DNA of 64,000 bases from Hypanus sabinus (taxonomy: Eukaryota): contig NC_082709.1 of the NCBI RefSeq assembly GCF_030144855.1, positions 24,056,001-24,120,000 of the forward strand, in the 5' to 3' direction. The notes below the pieces were generated by a model. It ran no database searches, had not been told where the DNA came from, and saw only the letters and a list, made by a program, of their open reading frames with translations. Shown piece after piece: positions 40,625 through 52,340 of the stretch. The position numbers and the translations under genes are program-made. Every line of letters begins with the position of its first letter. Position 1 is the stretch's first letter.

Positions 40625-40850
40625 CTCACAACGTTATCAGGCACCAAGATAGCATGTGATGTTTCTTGTATACACATTACACTGCTCTCCGGTTGATAAA
40701 AACATTCACTGCTAGATTTGATAGTAAAGATTAATATTATTTATCTTTTTATTATGGGAATTTAAATTGAGAGACGATACTACATGCTGTGTGCCAACAA
40801 AATATTATGCATGCTATCTTGGGCACACGTGCCATAGGTTCCCCAACACG
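40625..40850. mobile_element. hAT-like MITE
   Basis: Internal inverted pair CCAAGATAGCATG / CATGCTATCTTGG and terminus GCACACGTGCCATAGGTTCCCCAACAC. Confidence 0.5.
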
Positions 40851-41069
40851 CATCTTTCTTCAATATATTGATTTGGCCTCTACATCATTCTACACTAGGA
40901 AATTAAATTTCACCACCTTCTGAAGTCTTGCATCTTATCCACATTTCCAGAAAGTTTGCATGTCTAGTTCTCGATCCTTAGGCAGGGAAACATCCTCCTG
41001 CATCCATTTGGGCAGCTATGTTAAAGGTTTGCACATTTCAATTAAATCGTTTCTTTTAAATTATCATTA

Positions 41070-41330
41070 CACAACACACACTAAATGTTGAAGGAACTCA
41101 GGGCAGGCAGTATCTATAGAAATGCAGACAGTTGATATTTTGGGCCGTCCTCAGGAACAAGGAGGAAGGGGAAATATGCCAGAATATAAAAAGGTGGTGG
41201 AGGAGGGGAAGGTGATAGGTGAATACAGGTGGAGTGGGAAAGATCAAGGGCTGAAGAAGGAATCTGATAGGAAAGTGAACAGGAGAAAGGGAAGGAGAGA
41301 CCCAGGGAGTATAAGCAGGTGAGAAGAGGT
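41070..41330 (-). mobile_element. Penelope-like terminal repeat fragment
   Basis: Similar to 18150-18400. Confidence 0.6.
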
Positions 41331-41443
41331 ACTCAGGCTTTCTTTGTATAGACCAAAACTGCACATATTTCATCATGGCCCTTCTGCAATGCTTCCGTTA
41401 AACTGTGTATCAAAACTGAAATCTGCTACTTTTTATTTAACAG

Positions 41444-41493
41444 AACTTAGGTATGACTTGCCAGCATCATATAAATTCCACAAGAGGAAATCA
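41444..41493 (+). CDS. METTL5: METTL5 coding exon 6
   Basis: ELRYDLPASYKFHKRKS; AACAG / GTAAGT. Confidence 0.95.
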
Positions 41494-41514
41494 GTAAGTA
41501 GAATCTATATTAAT

Positions 41515-42620
41515 TGCTAGTTTTATTAAAAGTTATCAAGTAATGATTTCAATGAGATGTAGGTGGCATGATTAGCAATGTCTACAGATGACACCAAAAT
41601 TGATGATGAATGTTGTCCAAGGTCACAACGTAATATTGATCAACAGAAAGTGGACTAAAAAAAGTCAGATGGAATGTAACTTTGGCAAGTGATGTGTTTT
41701 TGGAAATTAAAGGAAGGTAGGGCATACAAATTTAATGGCAAGGCCCTCAGGTGAATTATAGACCAGAGACCCAGGGATACAAATACAGTTTCCTAAAAAT
41801 GGTTAAATACAGAGCTGCCATTGTGAAGGCATTTGACATGCTTTGAATTCCACCTAGTGTCAGAGAGGGTGACAGGCCCACATTCAGATTGTGCCTAATT
41901 TGCCAGGCCTATGCTTTCCTGAGTGATCACAGCATTTAAACCTTAAGGCACTGGAGCAGAATTAGGCCATTCAGCCCGTCTGTTCCACTATGACTAATTT
42001 ATAATTCCCCTCAACCCCATAATCTTTGATGCCCTTACTTTAAATATACCTAATGCCTTGGCCTCCATAGCCATTGGTGACAATGAATTCTACAGCTTCA
42101 CCATCCTAAGAGAAATTTCTCATTTGTTATAAATGGACATCCTAATATTCTGAGGCTGTGCCTTCTGGTTCTAGCCTCCCCTATTATAGGAAACCTCCTC
42201 TCCATATCCACTCTGACTAGGCCTTTCAATATTCAATGGGTTTCAGTAAGATCACCCCATTAGTACAAAGGTGGTAGAATGGTGTAAAACATTGGTTAAA
42301 CTACACATGGATTATTGAGATTAACCCAGAGTGTGCAGACCACTCAACTTTGACTGGATAGGCCGGGACTGTTTTCCCTGGCATGGGAAAGACTTGAGGG
42401 CAATTTTAGAGAGATTTTTAAAATCATGAAGGGTAGTATTCTCCTCTGGCTAGGGGGAGTCTGAAATCAGGACAGCATAGAAGAGAAATTAAAGGGGATC
42501 TGAGGGCAGTTTCTTCCCAGAGTGGTGGGTATAAGGCACAAGCTGCCATCTATGACAGAGGAAGCAATCAGCATATTTGAGACACATGGACAGATACAAG
42601 GATATGAAAGATTTTGATTA
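41515..42620. mobile_element. Decayed CR1 (plus) with nested CR1 3' end (minus, about 41945-42260) in METTL5 intron 6
   Basis: ACAGATGACACCAAAATTG (ADDTK); GGAGCAGAATTAGGCCATTCAGCCC tail. Confidence 0.65.
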
Positions 42621-43275
42621 AAACAGGCAGCCTAGATTAATTACCTGAAAGGCTGATTCCTTGTCATATCAGGAGTTCTAAATCAATAAATGAAATTTTA
42701 ATTTTAGATCCAAGCACACATTTCAAGGAACTCAAAGTACAAAAATTGTTACAATTTCTAGATTGATAATTACCCTCATTTTCCACCTTCCCTCAAATTT
42801 AGCAACAAATTCTCAAAGCAATTTGCAAATTATCAAACTATTTGGGTTGATGAAAATTACCATGGTTTTATTCAACTTGGTTTCTTAATCTAATGTACTA
42901 ACAACAATGCACAACTATTTGCAATTCCTACCCATTCCAAAGCATAAAGATTTAATACACATTTAGATTGTGTTTCTTTGTCCATTTTTGATCCAATTAA
43001 AGATGGTAGATAAAACTACAGATTGGTATCAAATCCATTGCATGTGCCGAGCTGAGATTTGCATACTAGCAGTATTGTATTTTTATAAATAAAAATGTTA
43101 ATCTTTACTACTTGAATTACACAATATTTAGTTCCCACCATATATCCATATAGGAAACTAATATTGCATTACACCAAAATATATGTTTTAACAAAGTTTT
43201 TATAAAAACATCCACACTTAAGCATGCAATTAAGGCATCTTCAAATTTACAGCAGTGCACTTGTTTAAATTGCAG

Positions 43276-43317
43276 ATTGACATTGAAGTGGACTTCATTC
43301 GGTTCTCAGCTAAATAA
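43276..43317 (+). CDS. METTL5: METTL5 last coding exon
   Basis: TGCAG acceptor; IDIEVDFIRFSAK-stop; the seven exons join to a 208-aa ORF. Confidence 0.94.
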   Translation: MDIEVDFIRFSAK

Positions 43318-43318
43318 A
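43313..43318 (+). terminator. Candidate METTL5 polyadenylation signal AATAAA overlapping the stop codon (alternative ATTAAA at 43352)
   Basis: GCT AAA TAA A contains AATAAA. Confidence 0.5.
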
Positions 43319-43421
43319 TCCATTGAAGAATGCAATGTCGAGGCTGTCTGAATTAAACAGTGAAGACTCCTTGGATGGGACATGTGCTCAACTTGTTCTT
43401 TTTATACAACACAAAACAATC

Positions 43422-43522
43422 TCATTGATCACCAGATTCATTTTCTGTTTTTGGCTGTTTTGCTGCAGGTTCATTCACAGATTCAGTTTCTTCAAGTGTT
43501 CGCTTCTTTGGACTTGTAGCTG
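43422..43522 (-). CDS. SSB: SSB / La autoantigen last coding exon (NLS region)
   Basis: ATSPKKRTLEETESVNEPAAKQPKTENESGDQ-stop, matching the La C-terminus; TAGCAG tandem acceptor. Confidence 0.93.
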
Positions 43523-44101
43523 CTAAATTAGATGGAGGAGTTTGATTAGTTTAAAACAGATTTGCAGTAGAGAACAAGTATTTTAAACTGGACCGATAAC
43601 TCAAATTGTACTTAGGGTAAAAATATCCTGATCTTTATAAAGTATCAGGGTCATGTTCTTACAATTAACTTTTAATGTCGTCCCAATAGAAACTCAAGTT
43701 TGCTCATATTTAAGAACAGGAGCATATTTACTGAGTAAAATGTGTTAGTAATATATGAAGTGGAACTTCCCACAAGTACATTAAATATTTTACAAGGTGA
43801 TACTAAATAACCAAAATATTCTGATAGAAGCAGATGCTTTTTCTATCTGCATTGCTAAGATCTGGACTGTTGGGAAGCTGCACATTTAACGGATGAGCCT
43901 GCTCAACCTGTCATGTGCAACATAATTCTTCAATTGGCAGGTTAACAATTTAGTTGTAAATACATTGAAGATGAATATTGAGATATTAATTCCCCAAGAT
44001 TGCAATGTAATTCTAACTCTGATTGGGCATGTGCATTCACCACATTAATAGTTCCAAATGCTGGTTTAACTATCACTTACAGTTCAAGTTTGTCAACTTA
44101 C

Positions 44102-44230
44102 CAGCCTCTCCAGTTTCCTGCGCTTCGTCACTGTCTTCATCCTCAAATGTTGTTTTCTTGCCTTGAAACTGAACCCTTTGTGGTCCGCAGCCTCCTTTAC
44201 TACTTCTTCCTTTACCCCGACCTTTTCGCG
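44102..44230 (-). CDS. SSB: SSB coding exon 10 (short basic motif, acidic tract)
   Basis: RKGRGKGRSSKGGCGPQRVQFQGKKTTFEDEDSDE. Confidence 0.93.
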
Positions 44231-44326
44231 CTGCACAGTGTATTTGCAAAATAAAGCAGCATTTTGAGTATTATGATACTAAGTTGCAAAGTAAAGCAGG
44301 TGACAACCCGAGTTATAAAGCCTTAC

Positions 44327-44513
44327 CTTTGGCTCTATGTCTGTTCAGAGATTCCTGTTGGTCTTCTATTATCTTCTTTAAAATTGACTTTTCCTCTTCA
44401 CCATCAACCGTTTCCCAAGTCACTTCTTTGTCTCTCAAAAGCAATTTTCCATCATGAGCTGCTTTTGCCTTTTCAAGTATTTCTTTTGCATTTGTTTTGA
44501 AAAGGATATTTCC
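44327..44513 (-). CDS. SSB: SSB coding exon 9 (RRM2)
   Basis: [17 protein letters not shown]...KEVTWE...[13 protein letters not shown]. Confidence 0.95.
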
Positions 44514-44587
44514 CTAAATCCAAAATGAATCTTTATAGGATATATAAAAAAAACTTAATTTTTGAAATTATTGAAACAAAAATTTAC

Positions 44588-44728
44588 CTCTTTAGCACCC
44601 CTTATAAAATCTATCCACTGTATTTCACCATGAGTGGAGAATATTTCATGAATATCTTCCCTGCATGTCTGATCGGTCAAATCACCAGCAAACTTCAGCA
44701 AGCACCCAGTTCTTTCTTCAAAAGATTT
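44588..44728 (-). CDS. SSB: SSB coding exon 8 (RRM2)
   Basis: [47 protein letters not shown]. Confidence 0.96.
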
Positions 44729-45289
44729 CTTTAAAAATAAATTCAGAAGTTTTCTTTAAAAAGCAGCAACATGTTATGATCTTCATCCCATTGTCTCTTC
44801 CAAGCATAACTCCAGATTTTGATACTTCAACTCTGACATTATGCACATTCCTGTTATTTTTTCCTCCATCATTGGTGGGATGCACCCAGTTATCTGAGCA
44901 TTAGAATTCACATTCTTTTAATATATTCCTCAAAACTTTGCTCTGCATTAAAACTTGTAACTTCGGTAGCTCTAAAACACTTGTGCTGTGATTGCACCTC
45001 TTAACATATCCCATTGAAATCAGCTGGATGCGGCTTTACTAAACACTGTAGCAACTCGCTTCAACTAGGAAAACAACTTCATTGTATTGAAAATTTCAGG
45101 TAAAACTTTTCCACTGTTTAAGCTTTTTGACTAATTCAAGCTATCCATACAGTTCAAGGCAGCTTGATCTGGTCAAATGCCTAATAAGTGGAAAATTTTC
45201 CTAGCACTCAATTTATTAATAATTCAAAACTGTTTCCAACATCCTTTCTAAATGTGTTAGTGAAGGCAAGCGAGGTTTTGTGTACTTAC

Positions 45290-45329
45290 CTTGCCCAGCA
45301 CATCTTCAGTATTTTTCTGTTCTTTATCA
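45290..45329 (-). CDS. SSB: SSB coding exon 7 (linker)
   Basis: DKEQKNTEDVLGK; TCTTAG / GTAAGT; 40 nt restores phase 0. Confidence 0.85.
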
Positions 45330-45782
45330 CTAAGATAAAACAATACCAATTTCAACCAAGGGAATTTGCATAACAAGGATAATTCAGATATTTTGGCAAA
45401 TCTACTATGCAGACAATGGATTATTGTCAGTCAAATCTTTAATGTGAGAAGAGGAAAACAAATGTAATAATTCCCTGCAATTTTTTCACCACTTAAATTT
45501 GAAAAAAAAAGGAAAACTAAAGTATGTTCAAACTAGATGCAGTGCTTTCAGTTTTCCAAGACAAAAGGATACAGATTAACTGCCAATAGGTAGATTTGAC
45601 TTAATTATTAAATTAAATTTTTAAATTTAAATTTAATTTCTAAAAATATTTCTTGAAACTAAATTTCATAATCATCCCATTTTTTTTGCAGCCTTCCCCC
45701 CCCCATCAATTTAAAGATGCAATTACAAGCTACTCATTAACAAAATTGGAATAGTATATAATTAGTTGTTGAATTTACTTAC

Positions 45783-45842
45783 ATTTTAGATTTTGCTTTA
45801 TACTGCTTTCTGTCTTCGGCTTTTTTCTGAAAATAAGCATCT
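45783..45842 (-). CDS. SSB: SSB coding exon 6
   Basis: DAYFQKKAEDRKQYKAKSK. Confidence 0.92.
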
Positions 45843-46299
45843 CTTTAAGAAGAAAAATAAACATTCTTAAATTCATTAAAATGCTAAATTCTGATCTTGT
45901 AGATGTAATTATTTGAAAAGCCCCACTGAATTTAAATAGCTGTAACAGTGTAATGGTAAATTAATGGGTTTTGTAACAACAAAAAATGCCCATTTCTTAG
46001 CACCTCTGAACAAAGATATTTGAAAACAGTAATGCTGACAGCAGCTATATCTGGCCTTTGACTCGAATGGAAATTTAATCTCAAATTAAATCCTCTCCTC
46101 CTATGTGCCCCCACCACGTGAACAAAATCAAAAAGGATGGAATATTTTCTGCATTATGAGATCATGCCTACTTTCAGAATTAAAAGCTAGCACTTGCTTT
46201 CAACCATTTCCTGTGCGCCCCCACCCCAAAGTTACATAAGTAGAACTTGTATTCTCATTCAGACATTCTCCTATCACTTTATCAAAACTTTTGACTTAC

Positions 46300-46400
46300 T
46301 TGAAAAGTACAATCATTTCAGTTTCTTTATACTTCCACCCTGGAGCTTCTACAAATTTTGTAGCCGAATCTAGACTGTCAAAGACGACAAATACCGATCC
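46300..46400 (-). CDS. SSB: SSB coding exon 5 (RRM1)
   Basis: GSVFVVFDSLDSATKFVEAPGWKYKETEMIVLF. Confidence 0.96.
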
Positions 46401-46503
46401 CTGTTCCAAAATAGTGGGAATAACTAAGTTAATTTTGTCATTTCCTGGCTTTGGATATTTTTGAAGGTGAAGGAGGGAAGGAGAAGGGGAGATAAATACA
46501 GAC

Positions 46504-46611
46504 CTTAAACTGCTTCTGCAATGTTCTTCTCATTTGTATATTTTCCACAGGTCCATTTTCATCAAACCAGTCCTTAATCTCATCAAGTGTTGCACTTGTA
46601 GGAAAGCCTTT
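46504..46611 (-). CDS. SSB: SSB coding exon 4 (RRM1)
   Basis: [36 protein letters not shown]. Confidence 0.96.
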
Positions 46612-47166
46612 CTGTTTAAAATGTTTAAAAGGTTAACCTTTTGGTAAAGACACAAGAATGTATTTTTTTAATGTATTTCAAATTCAAGAGGTTTCCTCTC
46701 AAAATTAAAATATTCATTATATTTGTGAAAGACTAACATTTACACCAACAATAAATGAAACCCATCAATGAAAGTTGCCACGAATTAGGTAAAATACTTT
46801 CAAGTAAGCCATTCGAGCAAATTACAAAATTATTTTGTCAAAGTACATTTTTATGCACCCATTGGTGGCACATTTCAAATCTGTAATTAATTAGAACAAA
46901 AACATCCTCCTCACCTCCAGCTACACAGATAACATCCACTGAGTGATACCAACACTAAAATCAGACGGCCAGACTCTGAATGGAGACACTGACGTAACAG
47001 ACAACAGCTCTAATCATTTAGTTATTTCCAAATTTCATAATGCACTTAAGGTTTGTACTCTCAACATTACCTTTTTTCCAAAAGTTACTTTTCCGTCGAG
47101 TAATATTCATGATTAAGATTATAATCGTGTACTTTTAACAAAGTTAGATTCATCAGGAATACTTAC

Positions 47167-47338
47167 GACATAGACAGATCTGGCTTTAATAGAGTTTTTA
47201 TACTCCTCAAATTCGGGAAGAGGCTTGTTAGGAGAACGGCGGATTTTGGATTTGTCCTCACTGATTTCTAAAAGTCCACTTTTGGATTTCTTGAGACCTT
47301 CTACTATTACAGTGAAATCTGTTGTTAGACGACTTAAC
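47167..47338 (-). CDS. SSB: SSB coding exon 3 (La motif)
   Basis: [42 protein letters not shown]...RSVYV. Confidence 0.97.
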
Positions 47339-47410
47339 CTGCAAGACATTTTCAAGATTCAGAGATAATTTACATCACTACTTGCTTTAGCCAACAGCAA
47401 TTTTCCTTAC

Positions 47411-47514
47411 CTGTTAAACTTAATCATGGTTTCTAGGGGTATCCAGCCATCATCCAACTTGATCTGTTCTTTGAGAAATTTATCTCTTGGCAAATTGTGA
47501 TCGCCAAAGTAATA
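47411..47514 (-). CDS. SSB: SSB coding exon 2 (La motif)
   Basis: [34 protein letters not shown]. Confidence 0.97.
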
Positions 47515-49138
47515 CTGCACAAACACAAAGTACAGAAACCGTCAAAATGCACTTCCTAGGAAAAGTTGCTGCCCCATCTGCTACCCAAATAAAACCATGA
47601 CAAGCTTAAAATTTCAAGTACTATTTTAAATCTTTAACCCTAAGAAATGTAATTGTGACCCATGAACAGCATCACAGGCATTTACTGAGAAAAATCAATT
47701 AAAAATATAATTAGAAAACTTCGACGTTAACACTTTGGAATTGTTAAAAATTTAGAGCAACAGGTTGTAAACTAAAACCAAATCCGCATTCAACCCATCC
47801 TTAAGCACAAGTAGAAGTAGAATTCCATGTAATTCTCTAACCTAAAGGGAATTCACCGCATCAAGAAAATGAAATTTCTCATTTGCACGTCTGATCTGAA
47901 CCCGTGGCAGAATCAAATATTTCAACCAAGAAACAACTGACTTGTTACAAGCAGCGAAAAGTATTGGAAAAAATTACAAAATTTTTCCTCCATTACTCAG
48001 AACCAGAAAAGTTTAAGACTTCTGAAGTAGATTTGCCACATAGTAACTTTTGGGAAACTGAAATAAAAAGTTTTGGAAATAACATTCAATAGGTCTTCAA
48101 CTGCTTTTCTCTTCACAGATGCAGACTGGCTTGTCAAATGTTTTCAGCATTTTCTGACTCGTTTTGAAATGGCCATTGGTTTCTTCACATGTTGTTCAAC
48201 ACCCCCCCCCCCCCCCCCACAGGCAACCTGGCACACCTACTGGATAATTTTGATGCAAATTTAAAGTGCCTTCTACCAGATAAGCCTTTAAAGATGATAT
48301 TCGGACAGGCCATAATCAAATAAATTAAAAGCACACAAAATAATAAAACAATATTAGGAAGACAGATTAGGGCTTTATGTTTAGGGATTCTGTTAAACTA
48401 ACTAACATATGCAGATTTAGATAAGTGGGCTGGGAATGAACATTATTTTTTATACTTGTTAAGATACAGAACAAAAATGCGGAAGACAGCAGAATCACAC
48501 AAGGTTCAGGTCGATAATGGAGAATGGAAAAACACGGCAAATAAACTGATGGGGACACTTATGTCAGTGGACAAATTAGTCACGACGAGGGATGAAGATT
48601 AGGACAGAAGAACTGGTTTCAACTCAATCTTCAATGGAAGTGTTTGAGAAGTTTGAAAAAAATACAGCACGTTTGATACTGAGAACATCACACGTGAACT
48701 GACCATTGGAACAAAACAAAATCAAGAGGATATATCAATAGGGGTCTTGGTCTGGATCAGCAACACAAACCCAGGACCTGCACATGAAAGAATACACCCT
48801 AGGTATGGAAGTCAACACAAGCTGATAGCCCAATAAATACTACAGCCTACATCACTTGTTTTCTGCTACAGTGTACTGCGGTTCTAGTAACAAGGAGAGC
48901 GAAAAGCAAAATGAGCAGAGTAGATAGGAAGCTAACTCTTGATAGCCGAAGAGCAGCTACATATTTACCCAGCCAAATTACAAACGAGAATCTGCAGAAC
49001 TTAAGTTTGAGAAAAATACCAATTTTTTTTTAAAGTTTCTAAATTGGAAAAAAAATCAATGAAATTTCTATCCAACATCAAACTTAAGTCACCCTTTATT
49101 CACATCAAATCATCCAAATGCATTTCAGTATTACGTAC

Positions 49139-49204
49139 TTCAATCTGTTCACATATTTTCTTCTCAAGTGGAGTCATTTCTTGTGCTACTCCATTTTCTG
49201 CCAT
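49139..49204 (-). CDS. SSB: SSB first coding exon (exon begins at 49214 with 10 nt of 5' UTR)
   Basis: MAENGVAQEMTPLEKKICEQIE; acceptor TACAG before 49214; donor GTACGT. Confidence 0.95.
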
Positions 49205-49419
49205 TTTGGCAAACCTGTACAACATAAAATGCATAATGCAAGAGATTCAAGATTAATGTCATTTCCAGTACACAAGTGTAAATAAACTAAATAATTTACT
49301 CCAGATCTGATGCAGCACAAATAAGACACAAGATAGCTTACATAAATTGGCTGCATGTCTACTAAGTGAGACAAGGCACACTGTACACAAGATGACTGAC
49401 AGGAAATTTACTTATTTAC

Positions 49420-49655
49420 TGAGACAGCATGGAATCGGCCTTTCTGGCCCTTTGAGCCATGCTGCCCAGCAACCCCAGATTTAACCCTAATGTAACCACA
49501 GGATGGTTTACAATGACCAATTAACCTACCAACCAGTACATCTTTGGACTGTGAGAGGAAACCCATGCAAACCCCTTACAGACAGCAGCAGGTATTGAAC
49601 CTGGGTCACTGAAACTGTAAAGTGTTGTGCGAACCACCACATTACCATACTGCAA
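49420..49655 (-). mobile_element. HE1-like V-SINE nested in a LINE tail (SSB intron 1)
   Basis: CTTTGGACTGTGAGAGGAAACC and ATTGAACCTGGGTC are the reverse complement of the core and B-box at 2731-3005. Confidence 0.7.
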
Positions 49656-50296
49656 GTATTGATGATTAGGGGAGGGTTACTGGGTGGAGGCGTGGATCAG
49701 CCATATTGCTGGGGTCTACTGGTCCTAGTAGCCGCCTCCCTGGTAGGAGTAGGACAGTCCATGTGCAGGGTAGGCGGGTGGTTCAAATTAAAGATTAAGC
49801 AATTTCCAATGAAATAACATGTTCCTTTACAGTGACTTGACTTTAGTATACACTTAGGAAATTATGTGTCATCAAAGGGCATAATTGTGCCTAGGTAGTT
49901 AACCATTGTACATGTAAAGTAACATTAATATTTAATATGAATAATTACACATTAAAATATTTGTACTTATGTAAGGGTTTCAGAACTTCAGACAGACCAA
50001 ACTGCTTTGCAGCAAAAACTGAACTACCATACTGAAGTTAGTAACTCCAGTGGTTGGCTAACCATCACAAAATAAATACAATCCATTTCTGACAATTAGG
50101 TCAGGATATGTAAAACAATAATCGCTTTCCCACTGATTTGACACATTTGACAGCCACAGCTGATTTTAATTACATCAAATTTGTGTCCAAGCATGCCATT
50201 TGGTACCCTTTGAGTTGCAGGCATTCCTAAATAGAAACCAAGATTACTAAACTGGATTTCCATCAGGATTTGCTCTTCCTGGATTTTAAAATTAGA

Positions 50297-50578
50297 CATT
50301 AACAGGGCATAGTTTTAAGGTGCTTGGAAGTAGGTACAAGAGGAGATGTCAGGGGTAAGTTTTTTTTAAAAACGCAGTGGTAAGTGTGTGGAATGGGCTG
50401 CCGGTGGTGAAGGCGGAAACGATAGGGTCTTTTAGGAGAGTCCTGGATAGGTACATGGAGCTTAGAAAAACAGAGGGCTATTGGTAAGCCTAGGTAGTTG
50501 TAAGGCAAGGACATGTTTGGCACAGATTTGTGGACTGAAGGGTCTGTATTGTGCTGTAGACTTTCTAATGTTTCTAAC
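50297..50578 (+). mobile_element. CR1 3' UTR fragment
   Basis: Reverse complement of 26375-26650. Confidence 0.8.
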
Positions 50579-51349
50579 TTATGCTTACAATTTTCTTAAA
50601 ATTCTCCTACATCCAAGAACCATTGTCCTCTGACAGAGGTGCAGTAAATAGTTCTCCTCTCAAAACCAGCATGATTAAGCGTTAAGATGGTTTAACCTAT
50701 ACAGTACACCCATAGCGTAATGTCAAATTCAAATATGAAATCACTTCCAACTAAGCAAAATCTATTTTGACGTTGGCAATTGTATACTGGAAAGGAAAGC
50801 AAATTGGAATTAAAAATTCATAAATTAGCCCCATAATCGACTCATGACCATGTTCAATCTGGTGGCAAATATTTCGAAACAAATCTCAATGGCTCATAGG
50901 CAAAGACTCTGGATGCTGGTGATCTGAAGATATAATCGATTATCGACGATTATCCTTGAGTCTTAATGACTTTTGTTCCTCAGCACAAATACAGCCCAAC
51001 CATTTTCGTGGATTTAATGCAGTATAGGTGTTAAGATGCCAAGCGTCTTTCCCCTCCTTAAGGAAAACATCATTTGCTAAGCTTCAAGATGTATTAAAAC
51101 CGAAGTCCAAACGATGGTTTCCAACATTAACATTAGAAATACTATGTTATTAGGAAATTATATTCTGCTTTTTCTTGCGTAAGAAAAAGGGCTTCGAGGC
51201 CTGTTGAATCATACCATAACTGCGAACAGAACTGACGCAAATGTGTATTTATTCCTGATTAAACACGTAGACCTAATTTACAATCTAGATTCAATGAAAA
51301 TCCTGTTCTGAAAAGTGTTGTAAGCAGACAGTGAAAATGAAATTCAGTC

Positions 51350-51840
51350 CGCTTCATTGACCATGCTCCGCTGCGCCGAGCCACGGCCGCGCAACCACGC
51401 GGTCACCAGGCTGCCTGTAGGCATGGAGATCACCGAGCTGAGCCGGCCACCCCAACTGGGTAGCCCTCACCAACGCCGGGGACGGAGATGGGCCGACCCA
51501 CTGACCAGCACACGCCGAGAAAAGGGCTGCAAGAGACCTCCCTCTTTCCACCCCACCCGCGCCTCCTGGACACAAAGACCCACACCGCGGCCTGCAGAAA
51601 GTTTCATCGGCATCACCTCCCTACCTGGGGCAACAATCCGCCGGAGCCGCCGCGCAAACCCAGCAGCCCCTCGACCGCCGCTACTTAAAGCCTCCACCGA
51701 CTGGCTCACGCTTGCACACTGCGTCTTGACGCAATCACGGCGCCGGCAATGAACCCCGGGTTTGCGCAGGCGCCCAGAGTCTCAGCTGGGGGATGTCCTG
51801 GTCGGTCAGAGAGACCTTCAGCCACGTGATTTCCGTTGTG
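51350..51840 (-). promoter_or_regulatory. CpG island with SSB promoter and probable non-coding exon 1 (donor CAG|GTAGGG, exon end 51625)
   Basis: CpG-rich; TGACGCAAT 51727-51735, TGCGCAGGCGC (NRF1-like) 51763-51773, CACGTG 51823-51828; 2.4 kb upstream of the ATG exon, which has its own acceptor. Confidence 0.75.
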
Positions 51841-51999
51841 TGTGTAAAGGTTTCACAGGGCAACCCAGCATCATAAACCAAAGACTGAACAGTCCCAACA
51901 TAGAACTGTACAACTAATAGAAAACAACAAAAGCGAAGGGAAACTAAATTCAAAATGATGTAATTATTAGCAGTGTTCACTTTTCCTTAAATTTGCCCG

Positions 52000-52340
52000 T
52001 CAGTGCAAAGCAGCATCCATCATCAAGGACCTCCACCATCCTTGTCCATGCTCTCGTCAGGAAGAAGGTAAGGGAGCCTTAGGTAAGTCTTCAGGAGCAG
52101 TTATTACACTTCAACCATCAGGCTCCTGAACCAGTGTGGACATCTTCACTCACCACAAAACTAAACTCTCAAGGACTCTACAACTTACGTTCTCAGTTTT
52201 ATTTATTATTACTTCTTTTTGGATTTGCACTATTTGCGTATAGTTTTTCATTGATACTATTGTACTTCTGTTCTACTGAATGCCTGCAAGAAAGCGAATC
52301 TCAGGAAAATTGGTGATCTATATATATTTTGATAATAAAT
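52000..52340 (+). mobile_element. Rex1/Babar LINE 3' tail
   Basis: AAAGCAGCATCCATCATCAAGGACCTCCACCATCC similar to 10625-10660. Confidence 0.7.

Noticed and set aside
43523-51624. Intronic snoRNAs in SSB
   Set aside because: No convincing paired C/D boxes with terminal stem or H/ACA double hairpin seen by eye; an Infernal/Rfam scan would be needed to exclude them
51354-51752. ORFs of 66-131 aa in the SSB CpG island
   Set aside because: Arg/Pro/Ala-rich products expected from stop-poor GC-rich DNA; no homology recognised
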